Shown piece after piece: positions 58,323-64,000 of a DNA stretch of 64,000 bases. The notes under the pieces were generated by a model. It made no database searches, was not told where the DNA came from, and saw only the letters and a program-made list of their open reading frames with translations. The translations under genes and the position numbers were made by a program. How positions within the stretch are numbered: position 1 is the stretch's first letter; each line of letters begins with the position of its first letter. The stretch is from Candidatus Poribacteria bacterium (GTDB lineage: Bacteria; Poribacteria; WGA-4E; WGA-3G), in contig OZ251518.1 in assembly GCA_965242965.1 (NCBI GenBank), positions 1,440,001 through 1,504,000 on the forward strand, written 5' to 3'.

Positions 58323-61300
58323 TTACTCCCGCTGCTTGACTTCGCCAAACGTTGTCAACGAACGATTCGCCGGCGAAACGGGACCCGGTAAGTAACGTGT
58401 CCGCAACACTTCCGGCCGACCGCCTAACGAAACCTCTTCGATCTGATAGTAATACTCGACCCCAGGCTTCGCGGACGTATCGGTGAACGTGTAAGTTTGA
58501 CGTTCGCCTGTCGTGCCGGCACCGGCGATGAGCACAGGATTCAAAAGCGTGAATCCACTATCGCGCTTCAGACTGCGACGCAGGTTGAAACCGGCGTTGT
58601 CGACTTCCGACTCGGTTGTCCATGAAACCACAACCGGACCTGCATCGGTGCGCGTGAGGGTGAAACTTGACAACTCCACGGGCAAGGCACCGCCTTGACG
58701 ATACCCCGGCGTGCCGATGTCATCTGCATGGCCGTAGTGCAGCGATTCAACTTTGAATTTATTGAAATGCGCCGCTAATGCCCAATTGGACTTCAGCATG
58801 CCGTCGCGCGCCACCGCGCCTTTATCGTAACGGCGGACAACCGAACTGCGCGCGCCATCCCGACGATTCGTGGGCCACACCCAGACCGGCGCATCATCGG
58901 TGCGACGATTGTCATCGATGTTCCCGACTTCGTCTATCTTCGTCCCGTTTCGATCGGATAACTTCAGATAGAATCCCTCGCCACTCAAGAAGGTATCTCG
59001 CGCGGTTTTGATGCGGAGATTTTTCTCGTGCAACTCGAGCAGGTTGTAAACCCGGTCTTCAGGGAAAACATCTGTCGATGAAGCGCGGGCATCGCCTGCG
59101 ACTATCAAGAGGGTCTGATTCGGTTGAATCACTTTCTCTTGCAGCGTCAAGGTGACAATCGGGCGGCCGACCAAGTCTCCCGAATTCCGATTCTGGATCT
59201 CCAATTGCCAGCGATTCAGATTCAGTGCCTCGGTTTTCGACTTATTATACAACTCAATCCACTGCGGCAATGTGCCACCCTCAGAATCAAACATGATCTC
59301 GCTGATGGTGACTGCCCCTTTCGGCGTAGATGCCTCCGTTTTCACCGCACCATTCGGATAGCCCGGTGTGCCTGCAGTCGCCGGAGACTGCGTCACTTTT
59401 CTATCGTAGCCGATACCAGTAAACGCGGCTTCTGCCCAGGCATCTCGATGATATCCGATGAGATCCGCTTTGGCGCGCTGCCAGACTTTGCCAGAACTCA
59501 GCGCATCTTCGGTGGCATCACCGGGAGATTCTAGCACTTGCAGGGGCCAGACATGCGTATCATAATCGCCTGTCTCGTCACGGACAAACGCATCGGTGTC
59601 ACTGCCGCCGCCACCGGCGACATCGATGAATGCCTCATCCAAGCCGAGTTTCTCTTTGGCATTGCGCAGAATCAATAGGAATTTGCCATCATCGGGAAGC
59701 GAGAGGCCCGCATCCACTAAAGAGGCATGCGATAACCCTTTCTGCGCACCACCTGCGAGTGGCGTTTTGTCCGACGCGCTGTTGGTTATCAATAACAAAC
59801 CATTTGCCGGCACACTCACATCGGGAAAAACGATAAGCGACGTATCCTCTTTCTTGCCATCGGCGACAACGGACAACTCCCAGTCTTTCAGGGAGACATC
59901 TGAACCGGTAACATTGCGGAATTCTAGCCAGTCATTTGTTGCTTCACTGCCATTGCCCAGCTCGTTGAAAACGATGGGACTGCGAGGCACAGTTGATGCA
60001 ACCGCCTTTGAGACAGTGTCATCCTGCGGAATGTAAACCACCGGGGTCACCGCCACATCAAACGTTTTCGTCGGCTGAGAGGGTGAATCCGAGATCGGCG
60101 CAGCCTGACCCGGAGCCATCGCCGGATCGGCGGTACCACGACGCTCAAGCCCTGATGAAGCCTTCAACGTCGTTTCCCGCGGAACAGCCAAACTGTTGAT
60201 ACTGTCAATCTCCACGCTCACCGATGCTGCCGGCGGATCGGTCGCTTGCAAAACATACGCAAACGGCACAATCGTGGAACCCGAACGTTCCTCGCCTTGC
60301 TGCCACACGGCATGCCGGGCATTCGCGGCTTCTCGCGCGCCGAGATAGATTGTCACATACGGCGGATTTTCGCCTTCATAAGTCAACCCATCCTGCGCAA
60401 ACGGCACCTCAACGGTGATCTCGCTACCCGCAAGATACGCACCGCCTTCGGGTTCAACAACCTTAATCTCATCCGCAACTACCTGCACCGTGTCTATCTG
60501 CACCGTGACAGTGTTCGATGCCAAATTGCCGATTGCGGGATCATGGGCAAACACCGTATCTGCTGGCACTTGGAACGTCAACTCCCCTTTAAAGCCGAGC
60601 GCGGGCACCACCCTCACCTGATACCGCAACCACGCATCCGCCGCGCCGAGACGGCTCACCGTCACCGTGCCACCTTCAACACCTGCCGCCAGCGCAGTTT
60701 GCAACGTCGCGAGAAGCTCTTCGCTCGTCGCATCATGATACGCAGCGGTTTGCCCAGCTGCACCGTAGTCCTCCTGGAACCGCAATGTCACCGTAAACGT
60801 CCCAGTTTGTGTCCCCGACGGCACGTCGACTATCTCTGTCATCGCGGCGACAGGGTCCGGCACTATCGTCGGATAGGCGATAGTGCCCTTAGCGGTATCA
60901 TACGTGGGCGGAAAGTGGTGAGGGAACTCCGTCTCCTCATGTAGCGCATAAAAACCCGCCGAGACAGTATAGTGATCTACGCGACCATCTTTGTTTGTCC
61001 TACTCTGCTCCGTTAGCTCTAACAACGTTAACGCGAGAGTGCCGGCGGCAGGGCGGACGGTGGGGGAGACGAAGTTCACTACGTCATCAATTACTGGGAG
61101 GTAGTCAAGAATACCGTCGCCGTTTCTGTCAAAATGCTCTGGCTTGAATTTGAAATCCGCCCCTTTTCTGTAAATAGTACTGCCTCCCCCCAGACGCAGC
61201 CTGTGGTGACGATATTCATCCGCCTTGTCGGGGTCGGGACTATCTGGGTAGGGCTCGAGTTCTACGCCCGCCTCTAAAAGCGCAGACGGGTCGAGAAAAG

Positions 61301-62889
61301 TTGACCATCGCTGACCCGCGTCAAATTCAGCAGAAGTATCACCAAATGGCACGGCGAATCCAAACTCCTGCTCGTGCAGGGCTGTGATGTCCTCGTACGT
61401 GTGACCGTGGGGCTCGGCCTCCCCTTCCCGTTTGGGGTACACGCCATAGAAATCAGCGTATTCGTAATTAAAACCGAAACCCGGCCTGTATGGGACATTG
61501 AACGGGGCCACGGTAGTGCCCATCCCGGCCAACCACTCGCCCAAGGCATTCAAGGACTCATGCGCCTTTGTCACCTTAAATTGGTAGACGATGGTATGGT
61601 AACCATCCACACCCGGATGCCCCCACTCCGTACCGGTAACCGAATGGTCGGCATGGAGGTAGTTGACGCGGCCATTCTGTCGTATCCGTTCCAGTGGATA
61701 ATTGGGATTCAGTATCCCTACCCCCTCAATGCCCACGGCTGCAACTATCATCCCGCCGGCGATTTCCCTGTCGGTGCCGGCATTGCGCGCCCAGACAGTG
61801 TTTACCGGGTTCGCCTTTTCACCGTCATTGAACAATAATGGCAAAAAATTCTCCGTCCAGTCGACGGTCCGGGGCTTGTCAACGTCAACTGGATAGTGAT
61901 TGTTGACATGCAAGAGTGGCGGAAGATTTTTAACCGGATCAGCCATACTCACAGGATCAGGACCAGGCTTAGGCGTTATGAATTCCCTTACCGCTTCACA
62001 GTAACGAAGTTTGACGTTGATGGCAATGGCGACGATATCCCCGGGGACCACCGTATCATTTTGCCCGGGCATGACATGCCCACTGTTGCCGGGTTTGTCC
62101 GGATCTTCTTCCAGTTCGCCGCTCGTCGGATCGATATCAACCCAGAAGTAGGTGTCCGCCTCGCTTGCCAGTTGCGCTGTGCCCTGCCAGAGCGGCTCAT
62201 AGTCCTTCCATAAGGATGGGAACAGCCGCGCGCGCCGATTTGGAAAACCGGGCGGCGTAACAACAGGATTCGTCTCAGGGCCGCCGGGCCCGCGAGTATA
62301 GGTACCAACCTGCTGCAGCTCTCCCAGCTTCGTGAGCTCTCCCACCTTCGTGGTTTTCGGATTTTTATAGACCCGTATCCACTGAATGTCAAAATAATCC
62401 GGCGGGATAGCTGTCAACTCGCCACCAAAGAATTTGTCAATACCAACAGCATGCGAGTGGCCGTGTGGCGAATTATCCGGCAGGTTAAACCCTGTCTTTC
62501 CGATCGCATGGACTGCCAAGGGCCGGTTCAACCACTCAAGACCGAAGTAATCACCGTTATCATCCTCGACATCGCCTCGCGTCCATGTGTCGTGGCTCTC
62601 TCCCGGCGGTGCAAGCACCGTCAGCACACCGAATGTGAGCAGTAGGCAGCCTATCAAAACGGGATGGATGCGCGCGGCGGACCGCGGGTGTCCCCCGTCC
62701 TTCTGCGCCTTCCTGCTGAGAGCCGCAGGAGTTAACGCGCGTAGATGAGAGGGGGGTCTTCAGGTTGGATGCGTCACCGGCGGGCGCATGCGCGCGGAAT
62801 CTTTGCAGCGGGTGCTGCAATAACGCGGTGACGGTAGGTTTCAGGCGGACAGCAATGCCCGCGAAAATCGAAAACAATAGGAATCTCAC
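58323..62889 (-). CDS. Large secreted/surface protein with Ig-like and two lamin-tail domains; apparent frameshift near the 5' end
   Basis: Main ORF 58323-62657 (IVFNEL....DW.E.RN and ISEIM......QWIELYN LTD motifs; LPVELSSF...W.T.SE..NAGFN; C-terminal LTTFGEVK). The likely start GTG 62889 (AAGGAG SD, consensus promoter) is in another frame, joined at the G6 tract 62751-62756. Confidence 0.78.
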
Positions 62890-62944
62890 TGTTTTATCTC
62901 CTTTAAATTGATGTAAAAATGATTGAAAATTAAACACTGTATTA

Positions 62945-62973
62945 ATTATACCATTTTTTTACGTTTTTGTCAA
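62945..62973 (-). promoter_or_regulatory. Consensus sigma70 promoter for the large surface protein gene
   Basis: Minus strand TTGACA-N17-TATAAT. Confidence 0.75.
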
Positions 62974-62985
62974 ATTAAAAAATAT

Positions 62986-63067
62986 GAGCAGGATTTTGAG
63001 CAGGATTTACAAGATTAGGCAAGATTAGGAGCAGGATTTACAAGATTTTCAAGATTAGGCAAGATTA
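62986..63067. repeat. Short tandem repeats (GAGCAGGATTT / CAAGATT)
   Basis: Repeated GAGCAGGATTTACAAGATT and AGGCAAGATT units. Confidence 0.8.
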
Positions 63068-63070
63068 GTC

Positions 63071-63575
63071 CGTAGCGCGGGGGCCTGTCCCCCGCGATCG
63101 TTCACGTGCCCAGAGACCGTAGTTCGGGATCGCCTGATCCCGAACGGACCTTGAGGAGAACCCCTTCCTGGCCCGTAGCGCGGGGGCCTGTCCCCCGCGA
63201 TCACTCGCATAAGAAAACACCTCTTCAGGTCCTTTAGGTCCTGCATGTCTATAGTATCCGCGGATCGAAAAAAGCCCTAAGGTCCTTTAGGTCCTTAATA
63301 TGTAGCACACGCAACGCCGCCGGAAAACATTAAGGTCCTAAAGGACCTTGAGGACGCAGCGGCTTGCGCGTGCTATAGACATTAAGGTCCTAAGGACCTT
63401 GAAGAGACCGTAGTTCGGGATCCCCTGCTCCCGAACGGGTCAAGAGCAGGCACTCTTGCCCTACAGAGGGGATGCGCGCTCGCATGCCCGATGGCACGGC
63501 GAGGGACAGGCCCTCGCGCTACGGTAAAGGGAGACGGCCTCCCCTACCGTAGCGCGGGGGCCTGTCCCCCGCGAT
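63071..63575. repeat. Mosaic REP-like palindrome cluster
   Basis: A/A' and D units, ~170-bp palindrome at ~63227-63399. Confidence 0.88.
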
Positions 63576-63612
63576 CGTTCAACCTGCGTGAAAACCGCAC
63601 GCCGCCCAAGGC

Positions 63613-64000
63613 CTATTTTCTTCGCCACCAACCCGTTTTGCCCTGATACGATGCCAGCAGCTTTGAAATCGCCCTGTCCTTTTTCTCCTGCAGCACCGCC
63701 TCGCAAGCACGAATCACCTTTTGCTTTGCCGTTTCATCTTGCGTGCGGGAATAGACGTGATGATAACTCTGCGCAACAACGGCATGATAAGCCGCGCTGT
63801 CTACACCCGCCGGCACTTCATCGGGGAGTTCGGCGAGACACGCCACCGCCTCATCCCACGCCTCGGCGTTCGCATAACATATCACTTTGTGATACAACGG
63901 CGCGGGTTGCGAATCGTCAAGCCAATACGCCTGCTCATAACAGGTTACCGCCTCGGTATAGGCATCGTTGACGGCGTGCAATTGGGCGAGCTCGGTATAG
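63613..64000 (-). CDS. TPR-like protein, C-terminal part (5' end outside the window)
   Basis: Y.EA..CYEQA..LD......LY.K..CY.....W.EA helical-repeat pattern; frame open to the window end. Confidence 0.65.
   Translation of the reverse strand, partial: YTELAQLHAVNDAYTEAVTCYEQAYWLDDSQPAPLYHKVICYANAEAWDEAVACLAELPDEVPAGVDSAAYHAVVAQSYHHVYSRTQDETAKQKVIRACEAVLQEKKDRAISKLLASYQGKTGWWRRK

Noticed and set aside
1397-63706. Dozens of short ORFs containing RGTGPR, ARGPVPR, GDRPPRY, HRDREVSPT, CDRLITN or KDLKDL
   Set aside because: These are translations of the intergenic repeat units in various frames, not genes
1-64000. tRNA, rRNA, prophage or autonomous transposase genes
   Set aside because: No cloverleaf or rRNA signatures, phage genes, or DDE/HUH transposase ORFs were recognised

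Overview
Bacterial chromosomal window of housekeeping and carbohydrate-metabolism genes, most consistent with Candidatus Poribacteria or a relative. This is an inference from the TWxxLK-type C-terminal motif, the PSD1/DUF1501 pair, multiple Gfo/Idh/MocA and TIM-barrel epimerases and a lamin-tail surface protein. About 45 credible CDSs are present, including mutY, recD2, folB, a WcaJ-type glycosylphosphotransferase, two DNA methyltransferases and two toxin-antitoxin-type loci. No rRNA, tRNA, CRISPR array or transposase was seen. Two layers stand out. (1) Roughly 11 kb (manual tally) of intergenic DNA is built from several GTAG-headed REP-like hairpin families with compensatory stem changes. Many clusters are bracketed by an inward-facing ~17-bp terminal motif (GAGGGTGTTTCATAAAT) and look like mobile cassettes: one splits a near-consensus sigma70 promoter from its gene and another cluster lies where the 5' half of a RelE toxin gene should be. 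(2) Between ~23.7 and 40.5 kb there are 11 intact genes plus fragments from three unnamed, module-shuffled families of membrane-anchored proteins/lipoproteins. They surround a divergent sigma-70 factor, and a candidate cognate promoter (TGGACA-N16-CGACATT) occurs twice, each time upstream of a block of these paralogues. A 1.5-kaa surface protein gene appears frameshifted at a 6-nt homopolymer. All calls come from reading the sequence only; no database searches were run.
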